Assembly: GCA_021209225.1 (NCBI GenBank) | Contig: JAJOIW010000057.1 | Location: 1,520 to 65,519 of the forward strand | From: Verrucomicrobiota bacterium | Lineage (GTDB): Bacteria > Verrucomicrobiota > Verrucomicrobiia > Limisphaerales > JAJOIW01 | Direction of reading: 5' to 3' | DNA length: 64,000 nucleotides | Shown here: piece after piece, positions 1 through 9,093 of the stretch | How the letters are laid out: every line of letters starts with the position of its first letter | Numbering within the stretch: position 1 is the first letter of the stretch | Notes under the pieces: generated by a model | The model's input: the letters and a program-made list of their open reading frames with translations, nothing else | Told to the model about the DNA's origin: nothing | Database searches by the model: none | Position numbers and translations under genes: made by a program

Positions 1-345
1 TCTGCATTTTTTACCCGAATGGGCAAAGCAGGGTTCAAGCAAGCAAATATACGACAAGTACACCGGGAACGAAGAGGTTGAGAGACCCCGATCGCCCAGG
101 AGAAACGATGGAGACCGACGACCCTCCAGACCATCAGGCACAGGAAGACCACCCAGTAGCGGTGCGGTAGTGGTGGCGGTGGCGATCGTGAACGTGAGCG
201 GGGTGGGGACCGTCGACAGAACCGGGACCGAAGTGGTTCTCCTCAGGGGGGGCGACGTCAAGGCGGGAGACAAGGAGACTCATCATTCTCATCCGGAGGT
301 TCGAGACCGCCGCGTCGTGACACTGAGCCGCTGCCGGACATCGAT

Positions 346-1839
346 GTGTCGATAACGGCTGATGAAGCGGTATCCAATAGTCTTGCCGAACAGATCAAAC
401 TGACAGCCAGAGCCTATCCACTCTTCAGCATTGCTCAGATGATTCTGGGTAAACCTGAGCGTTATGTTTTTAAACTGGCCAGTGTTAAGAAAAAGGGAAG
501 TGACGATGCAGCTCAAAAGCTTTTCCAATGCGCTTTAGACGAGACAGTCTGGTTGAATCAGAGTGATGCCATTGATCACCTGATGAAGAATCATTTAGGC
601 ACCTTCTATGAAACCGTCAAAACAGCCTCCGAGCCACCAAAAGGCACATATACTTTTGTGGCCCAGTGTGGCATGAGCGGAGTGATTCTTGGCCCACCCA
701 ATTACCACGACTATCAAAACCAACTTCGCAATCTCTACAATGAACGCTTTGAGAAAAAGATGTCTTTCGACCGTTTCAAATCGCGGGTTAAGATTGTCAA
801 GGACGAGGAGACTGTCAAAAAGTGGCTGGACGAGCAAAGTTTTGTCACCACCTACAGGGTGCTCAATTCTCCGGAGCAGCTCATCCTGGAGTCGTGGACA
901 CAGGTCCTTGAGCATTTTAATGAAAATCATCTGCCCAACTTGATTGTCGAAATCTCAAAACACACCATTCCTGGAGCTCAGGCGGACAATTATCCATGTC
1001 CTCAGATCCGGCGTTTGATTCGGGTGCGTTTGCAGGAACAGAAACGATTCCCCCTCAAGGTTGTCCACCTTCTGAGCCAGCAGTTCTCCACACGTGGACT
1101 TCAGTTCTTTAAAGTCAACAAGACTGTGACGCATGTCTGTGTCAGTCGTCCCCACTATTTGGATCTGGATAGCACCAATGTCAAGGATGGTATCCGGCGT
1201 ATCATAGACTTCATCCAGTCTCATCCTGGATGCAACCGCAAGCAATTGGTGGATACGCTGGTCACGATGGAAATTCCGGTGGCTGAAAGCTCTCCGGTGT
1301 TTGAACCAGCTGAAACGGTTCAGCCATCTGAATCTGCTGAGAATCCGCCAGCTCCTGAGTCGAGCGAGTCTGTTCAAGCTGCACAAGAGACCACCAGCAA
1401 GCCGGCAGTTGCCTCTTCCTCTGAGCCGTCAGCAGCTCAAAAAGCCATAATCAGCGACCTGCACTGGCTCTTATATCAGGGAAATGTCATCGAGTTTGCT
1501 TCAGGGGTCCTGGAAGTGGCTAAAAAACCCTTGGAAAAGAAAAAAGCACCCGCTGCCGCTCCTAAGGTGGCATCGGAACCTGTCTCCGATGCGGTTGCCC
1601 CAGCGGACACCCCTTCCGGCATTCAGGAAACCTCTGGCGAATTGCCCCCATCAGACACTGAAATCCAGGCTGAACCAGCGGAATCCGTGTCCGATTTTGG
1701 AGCTGACAATGTGCAGTGTGACAATGGCGGGGAACAAATCACATTTGAATCTCCAACTCCAGCCACTGACCAATCCGCTGACACAGAGGCACCTCGACCT
1801 GCACAAGACTCCAATTCACAACCCAACAACCCGGTTTGA
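346..1839 (+). CDS. hypothetical protein with a globular N-terminal part and a P/S/E/A-rich low-complexity C-terminal part; 5' end uncertain
   Basis: 497-aa ORF with a GTG start; no family recognised. The same frame has no stop from 160 to 346 and encodes an Arg/Gly/Asp-rich stretch there. Confidence 0.6.
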   Translation: MSITADEAVSNSLAEQIKLTARAYPLFSIAQMILGKPERYVFKLASVKKKGSDDAAQKLFQCALDETVWLNQSDAIDHLMKNHLGTFYETVKTASEPPKGTYTFVAQCGMSGVILGPPNYHDYQNQLRNLYNERFEKKMSFDRFKSRVKIVKDEETVKKWLDEQSFVTTYRVLNSPEQLILESWTQVLEHFNENHLPNLIVEISKHTIPGAQADNYPCPQIRRLIRVRLQEQKRFPLKVVHLLSQQFSTRGLQFFKVNKTVTHVCVSRPHYLDLDSTNVKDGIRRIIDFIQSHPGCNRKQLVDTLVTMEIPVAESSPVFEPAETVQPSESAENPPAPESSESVQAAQETTSKPAVASSSEPSAAQKAIISDLHWLLYQGNVIEFASGVLEVAKKPLEKKKAPAAAPKVASEPVSDAVAPADTPSGIQETSGELPPSDTEIQAEPAESVSDFGADNVQCDNGGEQITFESPTPATDQSADTEAPRPAQDSNSQPNNPV

Positions 1840-1913
1840 CCTGTCATGCGCGTCGATATGATTGCGTGAATTTATGTGATCTTAGACGTGTTCGATTTTT
1901 TGGTGAATTTCAG

Positions 1914-1947
1914 CCACATGGCCTTTTCCGGGGCATGTGGTTTTCTT
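1914..1947 (+). terminator. possible rho-independent terminator
   Basis: 7-bp stem ccacatg/catgtgg (1914-1920 / 1934-1940) followed by TTTTCTT, about 75 nt after the stop at 1839. Confidence 0.4.
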
Positions 1948-2499
1948 CTGTCCTGTGAGGCAGGCAGACAAAACGCGTGTTTCAGCTGAATTGTTTTCCC
2001 AGTCAGCGGGGAAAATTTCCATGCATTTGATGAATCTGTGGCTGGAGGGGGCACTCAATCCCGCCCACACACCTCAGATTCTCAGGAAGGGCAGAGATTT
2101 TCCGGACACTGGAGAGCGGGCAACGGCGCAGATTCCACTGGTGGTGCCCCTGCAGGGCGGGTCCATACAATCCAATCAAGTTGAGCCCACCCTTTTATTC
2201 TGACTGAATTTAAAGCCTCCATTTCCTGATGATTCGAATGGTGATATGGCGGGTGTTCAGTGATGTGCTCTCTGACTTATGGCAGTACTGGCCGCAAAAC
2301 CAATTTTTCTGAAACCTTTTTTTGAGAAGTCAGCAGTTTCGAATATGGTGGATCATCTGGTTTTAACCGTTATGATTCCGGTCTGAACGAAGCGTGGGAG
2401 CCAAATCCCGGTTATAAAAAATTTAATTGAACTCTGAGTCGATATGAAATTAGAAGCTAAACTGATGAGGCGGGATTTGAGTGGGGTTGAGAGAGAGTA

Positions 2500-3846
2500 A
2501 TGAGGATTCACAATTTAAATCCAGGCGATGAAATTGGAGCTTCTGGTTGGTATGTTGAAGCCGATGGGAGCCACTTTTTGCTGGATGCGGGTTTGCATCC
2601 AAAGTTGGAGGGGCGCGCTTGCCTCCCACATTTTGGGTTGATTCCCGCGGGGCAGTTGGATGCTATTCTCATCAGTCATTGTCATTATGACCATGTCGCC
2701 GGATTGCCTGTCGCCGTCAAGCAGTTCCCCAGAGCTCGAGTCATGATGAGTGAACTCAGCTCCCACCTGGTTGAAAGAGTCCTGCACAACTCAGCCAATG
2801 TCATGAAGCGGCAAAGAGACGAAATGGGGATTCTGGATTACCCACTCTACGATAACCAACAAGTGGAGGAATTGGCCCCCCTCATCGAAGGAATTCGTTA
2901 TAGGGAGCCAAAGCTTTGTGATTTTGCAGTGGCGGAAGGTCATTCAGGCCGTGTGCCCCAAATTGAGTTCTATGATGCCGGGCACACGCTTGGGGCAGCC
3001 GGAATATCCCTTCGCTGTCAATCCCACTCGCTGTTTTATACCGGAGATTGTTCCTTTCAGGACCAAATCATTCTCAAGGGAGCGGATTTTTCGTCAATCA
3101 AAGCGGACGTTGTCATCATGGAAACGACCCGGGGATCTTATGACGATACAAAAACCGCACTTCGCAGTCGTGAGGTTCGTCGTCTGCGTGAGGCCATTCT
3201 GGAAGTTCAGAATCGTCGTGGTTGTGTGCTTATACCGAGCTTTGCACTGGGGCGGACACAGGAAATCCTGGCTCTGCTGGCAGAAATGGTCCTGGATGGG
3301 GTGATTCCCCGCCAACCCATCTACATTGGGGGGCTCGGCAAGATTTTCACCGATCTCTATGACAATCTCGCCCGAAAAACGACTCGGAATCACCCGAATC
3401 TTCTCTTGAACCGGGAACTGAACCTGGTTGTCCAGAACGTCGATAAAGTTCGGGATACGCCCCTGAAATCACCAAAGATTTTCGTCATGACAGCTGGCAT
3501 GATGAATGAAAATACAGTCGCTCACGACTTGGCTATCCGGTTATGCGCTGATCCTAAACACGCCATCTTTTTTGTTGGCTACGCGGATCCATCCACTCCA
3601 GGCGGCAAAATGCGGGAATCCGAAATGGGCCAGCCCTTTTATTTCAGCACCAAGGCGGTCGATTTAGTCAGGCATTGCGAGTTGCGGCAATTCGACGTCA
3701 CTGGCCATGCCAATAGAGATGAACTGGTGCGTTGTGTGAATGAAATCCGACCCAGGCATATTATCCTCGGTCATGGGGACCCGTCATCCAGGCAATGGTT
3801 TTATGATCAGTTCATGAGCATGGACCACCCATATAGGATTCACTAA
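2500..3846 (+). CDS. MBL-fold metallo-hydrolase, beta-CASP (RNase J/CPSF-like) family
   Basis: 448 aa. HxHxDH motif (HCHYDHVAG), DAGHTLG and TGDCSF, plus beta-CASP-like motifs ETTRG, TGHANRDEL and ILGHGD. Confidence 0.85.
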   Translation: MRIHNLNPGDEIGASGWYVEADGSHFLLDAGLHPKLEGRACLPHFGLIPAGQLDAILISHCHYDHVAGLPVAVKQFPRARVMMSELSSHLVERVLHNSANVMKRQRDEMGILDYPLYDNQQVEELAPLIEGIRYREPKLCDFAVAEGHSGRVPQIEFYDAGHTLGAAGISLRCQSHSLFYTGDCSFQDQIILKGADFSSIKADVVIMETTRGSYDDTKTALRSREVRRLREAILEVQNRRGCVLIPSFALGRTQEILALLAEMVLDGVIPRQPIYIGGLGKIFTDLYDNLARKTTRNHPNLLLNRELNLVVQNVDKVRDTPLKSPKIFVMTAGMMNENTVAHDLAIRLCADPKHAIFFVGYADPSTPGGKMRESEMGQPFYFSTKAVDLVRHCELRQFDVTGHANRDELVRCVNEIRPRHIILGHGDPSSRQWFYDQFMSMDHPYRIH

Positions 3847-3891
3847 CCCCGGACCGGCGAATCCATTCACATTCCTGACTAAGGTGTGCGT

Positions 3892-4332
3892 TCAGGTGAT
3901 TTCTTCTGGCGACTGAGACAGATTTTTTATTTTCTCCACCATCGATGCCAGTCCCACTTTGCGGGTTGGGCTCAGGTATTGGTCCAAGCCGAGATTCGCG
4001 AAAACCTGCTTCTCATTGATACCGGGAATGGACTGAATGGGTTGGCCGGAAAAAAGCAGAATGACAATAGCCACCAGCCCTTTGACAATGGCTGAATTGC
4101 TATCTCCTTCCAGATAGAGCCGGCCAGGGGATGTGGAACGGTCAATCCGTGGTTTCACCCAGACTTCCGCCTGGCAACCATGAATCTTGTTCGTCTCATT
4201 CTTATCCTGAATATCAAGCTCTGGAAGTTTTTTCCCTAACTCCATCAGGTAGACATATTTGTCTTCCCAGTCCTCAAACAGTTCAAAGTTTGCCAGGATA
4301 TCATCAATATTCAGGGAGGATAAATCGCTCAT
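3892..4332 (-). CDS. sufE: cysteine desulfuration protein SufE
   Basis: 146 aa, colinear with E. coli SufE. Active-site context KIHGCQAEVWV (E. coli SIQGCQSQVWI), AIVKGL, and LSPTR near the C-terminus. Confidence 0.85.
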   Translation of the reverse strand: MSDLSSLNIDDILANFELFEDWEDKYVYLMELGKKLPELDIQDKNETNKIHGCQAEVWVKPRIDRSTSPGRLYLEGDSNSAIVKGLVAIVILLFSGQPIQSIPGINEKQVFANLGLDQYLSPTRKVGLASMVEKIKNLSQSPEEIT

Positions 4333-4342
4333 AGGCCTGACA

Positions 4343-5143
4343 TTATGCTGATTTTGTGGCTATAACCAGTTTCCGGACAAATTCTTTGACCGTCTCAACC
4401 AGGTTTGGGGAACTCCCATGCTCAGCAATCTGGTTGACTATCGCGCTCCCAACCACAATGGCTTCGGATTTCCGGGCCACTTCCCTGGCTTGCTCCGGGT
4501 TTGAAATACCAAATCCCACGGCGATGGGAAGGTCGGAGTATTTTCGAATTGTTGCGGTCATGGAGTCGATGGAATTCGAGATGGTGCTCTGCATTCCCGT
4601 GACTCCTTCGCGGCTGATGTAATAGATGAATCCGGAAGCTCTGGGTACAATCTGACGAATCCGCTCCTCTGGAGTTGTCGGAGCTATCAGGTAAATTGGA
4701 CACATACCCGCCTGCTTCATCACCAGTTCATAATTCTCAGATTCCTCAGGCGGAAGGTCCAATACCAGCAATCCATCCACACCGGATTCCTGCGCAGCCT
4801 CAATAAATTCCTTCACCCCAACCCGATGAATCAAATTGAAATAAACATACAACACAATAGGAATTTGTGACTTCTGGCGGATGGATCGGATGGTTGAAAA
4901 TAATTTCCCGGGAGTTGTGCCGGATTCCAGTCCTCTTTGAGCCGCGAGTTGGTTCACCACTCCGTCAGCCAGTGGGTCGCTGAATGGGACTCCAAGTTCC
5001 AGGATATCCACTCCTGCTTCATCCAGAGCTGAGGCCAGTTGTTCTGTCGCCTCCAGATTCGGGTCACCGGCCCCAATGTAAGCAACAAACCCCTTCTGGC
5101 CCTCCGACTTGAGTGCTCCCATGCGCCTTTCAATGCGATTCAT
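4343..5143 (-). CDS. trpA: tryptophan synthase alpha chain
   Basis: 266 aa. LELGVPFSDPLADG signature and GFIYYISREGVTG; typical TrpA length. No trpB is adjacent. Confidence 0.9.
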   Translation of the reverse strand: MNRIERRMGALKSEGQKGFVAYIGAGDPNLEATEQLASALDEAGVDILELGVPFSDPLADGVVNQLAAQRGLESGTTPGKLFSTIRSIRQKSQIPIVLYVYFNLIHRVGVKEFIEAAQESGVDGLLVLDLPPEESENYELVMKQAGMCPIYLIAPTTPEERIRQIVPRASGFIYYISREGVTGMQSTISNSIDSMTATIRKYSDLPIAVGFGISNPEQAREVARKSEAIVVGSAIVNQIAEHGSSPNLVETVKEFVRKLVIATKSA

Positions 5144-5210
5144 CTCCGTGAATTATGCGGAGATTGCCCGCATGGGTGCAAGTGGAAGTTCGTTTATCCC
5201 TCCAACCGGC

Positions 5211-5975
5211 TCATGGTATCACTCCCGCTGCCTGCCCCAGTATCCTCAGTCCATCCAGGGTCAGATTGGGTGCTTCAATCGTTGCAACGCTGAATTGGCC
5301 ATGAAAAAAGTCATAACACCCACCCGTCAGCAACACACACTTCATCTCTGCCGCCAATTCCTTTTCGATTCCTTGGAGTAATTTTTCGATCAGGCCCACA
5401 TACCCGTAGACTGCGCCTATCTGCATGGCCTGAACCGTCGATTTACCAATCCATCTCCCGGGATCCTCAATTTCTATATGTGGTAACAATTCCGTTTTTT
5501 CGTGGAGATACTGAGTCATCAGGTTGATGCCCGGGGCGATGATGCCTCCCAGGTAGGCCCCTCTGGAATCGATGACATCCAGGGTGGTGGCGGTCCCGAA
5601 GTCGATAACCACGCACGGCCCACCAAATAATCGGGCCGAGGCAACCGCGTTGGCCAGTCGGTCCACTCCAATGGTTTCCGGGTTCGGATAGTCAATCAGG
5701 ACCATTCCCGGAGATTGGTGACTGATAATTGTGGTTTCCACGTGCCAGATTTTTTCCACCCAGCTGGCAATGCGGTGGGTGACGGATGGAACAACACTGC
5801 CCAGGACGGCATGGGTTATCTCCGCCATTTTAAAGGCCGGCGGAAGGATAATGTTTTCCTCGTGGGCAGCGACATCAGCGGTTCTCCATTTGTGTGGCTT
5901 CGCACAACTCACATTTTGTCCGCCTGTCAATGCCGCATGAATATGCGTATTGCCTGCATCCAGTAATAAAATCAT
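5211..5975 (-). CDS. coaX: type III pantothenate kinase
   Basis: MILLLDAGNTHIH, VVIDFGTATTLDV and GGIIAPG motifs. The ORF runs to 6101, but the family-consistent start is the ATG at 5973-5975 (verified on the minus strand). Confidence 0.85.
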   Translation of the reverse strand: MILLLDAGNTHIHAALTGGQNVSCAKPHKWRTADVAAHEENIILPPAFKMAEITHAVLGSVVPSVTHRIASWVEKIWHVETTIISHQSPGMVLIDYPNPETIGVDRLANAVASARLFGGPCVVIDFGTATTLDVIDSRGAYLGGIIAPGINLMTQYLHEKTELLPHIEIEDPGRWIGKSTVQAMQIGAVYGYVGLIEKLLQGIEKELAAEMKCVLLTGGCYDFFHGQFSVATIEAPNLTLDGLRILGQAAGVIP

Positions 5976-5997
5976 ACCTGCAAATCCTTCTGAGTTG

Positions 5998-6426
5998 TCA
6001 CTTCGCCTCCATGGAATGCATGAGCTTGCCTGATTCTCCCCGCATCCAGAGGCATCCATTTTCATCGATGGATTCCGCTTGCCCCGAAAATGTCTGGTCA
6101 CCCAACCGCAGCGTTATCCATTGGCCCAGGGTGCTTGAAAGGGATTTCCATTCATTCAGACTCTCTTCGAATCCATACATCCGTGATCTTATCAGGTCCC
6201 TGTCGAGTTGATCGAGGATGCGTGCCGCACATTCTGATCGGGGCGGCAAGTCCGGACAGATCATCGCCAGGGAACATGCCGTCCCACGCACAGACTCCGG
6301 GAAATCCTCAAGCCTCTGCAGAATGTTGATCCCGGCACCCAGTATCACATATTGAATCCGGTCCATGTCCGCGCGCAGTTCCGTGAGTATTCCAGCCACT
6401 TTTTTTTCCTTTGAAATGCACATCAT
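5998..6426 (-). CDS. birA: biotin-[acetyl-CoA-carboxylase] ligase BirA, C-terminal fragment (frame-shifted)
   Basis: Contains KKVAGILTEL...VILGAGINI, the continuation of the BirA catalytic core. It joins the upstream fragment if one A is removed from the A8 run (T8 at 6400-6407 on the plus strand). Confidence 0.8.
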   Translation of the reverse strand: MMCISKEKKVAGILTELRADMDRIQYVILGAGINILQRLEDFPESVRGTACSLAMICPDLPPRSECAARILDQLDRDLIRSRMYGFEESLNEWKSLSSTLGQWITLRLGDQTFSGQAESIDENGCLWMRGESGKLMHSMEAK

Positions 6427-6985
6427 TGGGCCATTTGATCTGAAATGCCTGGCCGGTGATATCCTGGAGGGATTTGGCTATGGAACAGGAGGCCATCAAT
6501 GTCAGACGCGCCACCTCAGCGGGTGCCATCTGTGGGCGCAGCAGAATGGAAAAGAGCAGGCTCATCGCTCCGGGACACTCCCATTTCCGGCCCAGTCTCC
6601 CTCTGCCGGCCAATTGCTTCTCTGCAAAGACAACGGCCCCTTCCGACACACCCGAGCGGGCTAATTTTTCCGCCACTTCATTGGTTGATGTGGTCTCCTT
6701 GTATACCTGTATCGATCGCCCGATAATATTCCCGGACTTCAGCTGCGAGGCAATATCATCCCCAATCAGATTGTCGGGTCCCCGCAAAAGCCGATACCCA
6801 TGATGCGGGCTCGCTTCAATTTCAAATCCAGCCGAGCGCAGAATATCCATGCGTGCCCAGATTGCCCCGCGGGTTAAACCGAGGCGCGTCGCCATATCCG
6901 TTCCAGCAATCCCTTCCGGCCAGGCCTCTCTTAATGCCCGGATGATCTTCAGATCGGTGCTCATATGCCGGGTGTTGTCATTCAT
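6308..6985 (-). CDS. birA: BirA bifunctional ligase/repressor, N-terminal fragment (HTH + catalytic core start)
   Basis: N-terminal wHTH-like region, GRGRLGRKW (GRGRxGRxW motif) and IKWPNDV. The frame then degenerates after the A8 run. Confidence 0.8.
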   Translation of the reverse strand: MNDNTRHMSTDLKIIRALREAWPEGIAGTDMATRLGLTRGAIWARMDILRSAGFEIEASPHHGYRLLRGPDNLIGDDIASQLKSGNIIGRSIQVYKETTSTNEVAEKLARSGVSEGAVVFAEKQLAGRGRLGRKWECPGAMSLLFSILLRPQMAPAEVARLTLMASCSIAKSLQDITGQAFQIKWPNDVHFKGKKSGWNTHGTARGHGPDSICDTGCRDQHSAEA

Positions 6986-7853
6986 CCAACTGAAAATCCA
7001 ATCCTATATCCACGTTCCGGGCGGAATGAGTCAATGCCCCAACAGAAATAAAATCCACACCCGTCTCGGCAACCTGCCGAATGGACTCCAAGGTGATCCC
7101 TCCACTGGCTTCTGTCTGAACCTTGTGCCTGCACATACTGACGGCCAGACGCAAGTTATCCAGATTCATATTGTCCAACAGGACTATGTCTGCCCCAGCC
7201 TCAATAGCGCATTGCACCTGTTCCAGGTTGTCGGCCTCCACCTCAATGCGAAGGGTTGGGTGCTGCTGCCGCGCCCGCTCAACTGCCAGCGCTATCGGAT
7301 TGTCCGCCATACCCTGTAACGCCATTAAATGATTGTCTTTAATCATCACCAGGTCATATAGCCCCATCCGGTGGTTGGTGCCACCGCCACACTGAACCGC
7401 ATATTTTTCCAGTGCTCTCCATGCGGGAGTCGTTTTGCGCGTATCCAGCAGCTTCACCCCAGTTCCCTCAATTTCCCGGCAGAAACGTGCCGTCAATGTA
7501 GCTATCCCACTCAACCGCTGCAAAAAATTGAGCGCCACTCTCTCCAATGTCAGTAACGACCGCGCAGAACCGGATATCCTGAGCAGATTCTCCCCCGGCC
7601 AGGCTCGATCACATTCCATTTTCAAAACATCCACCCGGCACCCAGTTGCCCATTCTTCAAAAAGAAAGGTCACCAATGGGCCACCACTGACTATCATCGA
7701 CTCCCTCGCCCGCATAAGCCCACTTGCCTGAATGCCGGTATCGATAATGGAATTTGTCGTCACATCCCCACTTCCCACATCTTCATCCAGAGCGAGTTGA
7801 ATGAGTTGACGTGCCTCTTCCCTTGGGAACCTCATGCCATATTCACCGTCCAT
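6978..7853 (-). CDS. nadC: nicotinate-nucleotide pyrophosphorylase (carboxylating) / quinolinate phosphoribosyltransferase
   Basis: 291 aa. LLDTRKTTPAWRALEKYAVQCGGGTNHRMGLYDLVMIKDNH and a C-terminal SGGITLESI...GVDFISVGALTHS. Confidence 0.9.
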   Translation of the reverse strand: MDGEYGMRFPREEARQLIQLALDEDVGSGDVTTNSIIDTGIQASGLMRARESMIVSGGPLVTFLFEEWATGCRVDVLKMECDRAWPGENLLRISGSARSLLTLERVALNFLQRLSGIATLTARFCREIEGTGVKLLDTRKTTPAWRALEKYAVQCGGGTNHRMGLYDLVMIKDNHLMALQGMADNPIALAVERARQQHPTLRIEVEADNLEQVQCAIEAGADIVLLDNMNLDNLRLAVSMCRHKVQTEASGGITLESIRQVAETGVDFISVGALTHSARNVDIGLDFQLDE

Positions 7854-7970
7854 TGGGCTACATCATTATCTCATCTTTCATTGTGCTTCAAGCTCACCCT
7901 CAGTTGACTTCCTCGTTGATTCCGGAAGCCCGGGGCGTCATGATCCGGGCAAATCTCCGTCCTGTCACAT

Positions 7971-8450
7971 ATGAAAAAAACCAATCTGTCCATGATCCCC
8001 GCTGAGCACCGCTCATCTCCCGGTGGTGCTTTTGAAATCCATCGCAAACACGTCTCCATAGCCCTTGGCGGTCAGAAAGACATCGGTGTCTGGATAGGGG
8101 GGCATCCCTTTGATATCGAACTCGCCTCAATCCCTCCCGGAAAAAAGAATTTTCCTTATCACCAACATGCCGCTCAATGGGAATATTATATCATACTGTC
8201 GGGCAGTGGCCGTATCTTGGACCACTCCCGGAACTGGCATATTCTGTCTCCCGGAGACCACGTTATCTGCCCGCCTCATGAAGCACATCAGATTGAAAAC
8301 ACTGGGGATGTGGATCTCGTGTATTATGTCATCTCAGACCATCATCCAGCCGATGTCACCACCTACCCGAATACTGGAAAGCGTCAACTCAAACCCGAAT
8401 ACCAAGTGGTCCATATCCAGCCAGCTGATTACTATCAGGATGAGGAATAA
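7971..8450 (+). CDS. cupin domain protein
   Basis: 159 aa. Cupin-like motif pair FPYHQHAAQWEYYIILSGSG ... GDHVICPPHEAHQIENTG. Confidence 0.7.
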   Translation: MKKTNLSMIPAEHRSSPGGAFEIHRKHVSIALGGQKDIGVWIGGHPFDIELASIPPGKKNFPYHQHAAQWEYYIILSGSGRILDHSRNWHILSPGDHVICPPHEAHQIENTGDVDLVYYVISDHHPADVTTYPNTGKRQLKPEYQVVHIQPADYYQDEE

Positions 8451-8594
8451 ATCCCGCGCACTCCATTATTTCCCATCTCCACTTCAAACCCATATTGAGA
8501 TCCTTCATCCATATTCAGGATGAGGAAACCTTGGAAATATATATACATCACCCCGATTGCCGCAATGCTCGTGATTTATACGGGAGGATAGGCT

Positions 8595-9086
8595 TTAATC
8601 GGGCTTTTTGACGGAAAACACAATCAGGGAGACGGCAACAAGAAGGAGCATGGCTGATACGGGAACAAGTATAATTCCCAATCCCGGGTCGCCACCGTAG
8701 ATTTGTATACCTCCGAGTAAAAATCCTGCAGGCATCAGGATTGAGGATATTTTGAGCAGCTGGCTGGTCAGATGAGTCTTTTCAGTCATCCGAATAAATC
8801 CCATACCACAGACAACCCCATAGGCCAGATTCACCAGTGCCAGTAACGTGCCGTGCGCATGCCCCAATGTCAGCATCAATCGCCGCGTCTCATTGGCCAC
8901 ATTCAAATACCATTGCGCCTTGAATCCATGCAACGCCTCCAGAATTATGCCGATGGTCAAAAAAATCAGCAAACTCACCCAACCGAATTTTATCTGTGAA
9001 TAGGAGACATCTTTCCCCAATGGGGTGGCAGGTTCAGGATCTTTGCGGGACTTTGAATTTTTGTCACTCTGATTTTTTTTAGACAT
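8595..9086 (-). CDS. small 4-TM membrane protein with conserved His residues, function unknown
   Basis: 163 aa with four hydrophobic helices. His residues lie in or near helices (EALHG, LGHAHG). It sits 7 nt downstream of the octaheme cytochrome gene on the same strand. Confidence 0.6.
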   Translation of the reverse strand: MSKKNQSDKNSKSRKDPEPATPLGKDVSYSQIKFGWVSLLIFLTIGIILEALHGFKAQWYLNVANETRRLMLTLGHAHGTLLALVNLAYGVVCGMGFIRMTEKTHLTSQLLKISSILMPAGFLLGGIQIYGGDPGLGIILVPVSAMLLLVAVSLIVFSVKKPD

Positions 9087-9093
9087 AAATTAT

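Noticed and set aside
2049-2170. Crossing complementary GC-rich 7-mers (ggggcac...cccgccc...gtgcccc...gggcggg) in the 550-bp non-coding region upstream of the MBL gene, suggesting a pseudoknotted ncRNA.
   Set aside because: Matches of this length are expected by chance in a region of this size. No known ncRNA signature (tmRNA, RNase P, SRP, 6S) was recognisable, and no covariation data are available.
8436-8527. 13-nt direct repeat tcaggatgaggaa at about 8436 and about 8515, in the convergent gap after the cupin gene.
   Set aside because: It is a single short repeat pair. One copy is the end of the cupin coding sequence, and there is no associated structure or mobile-element signature.
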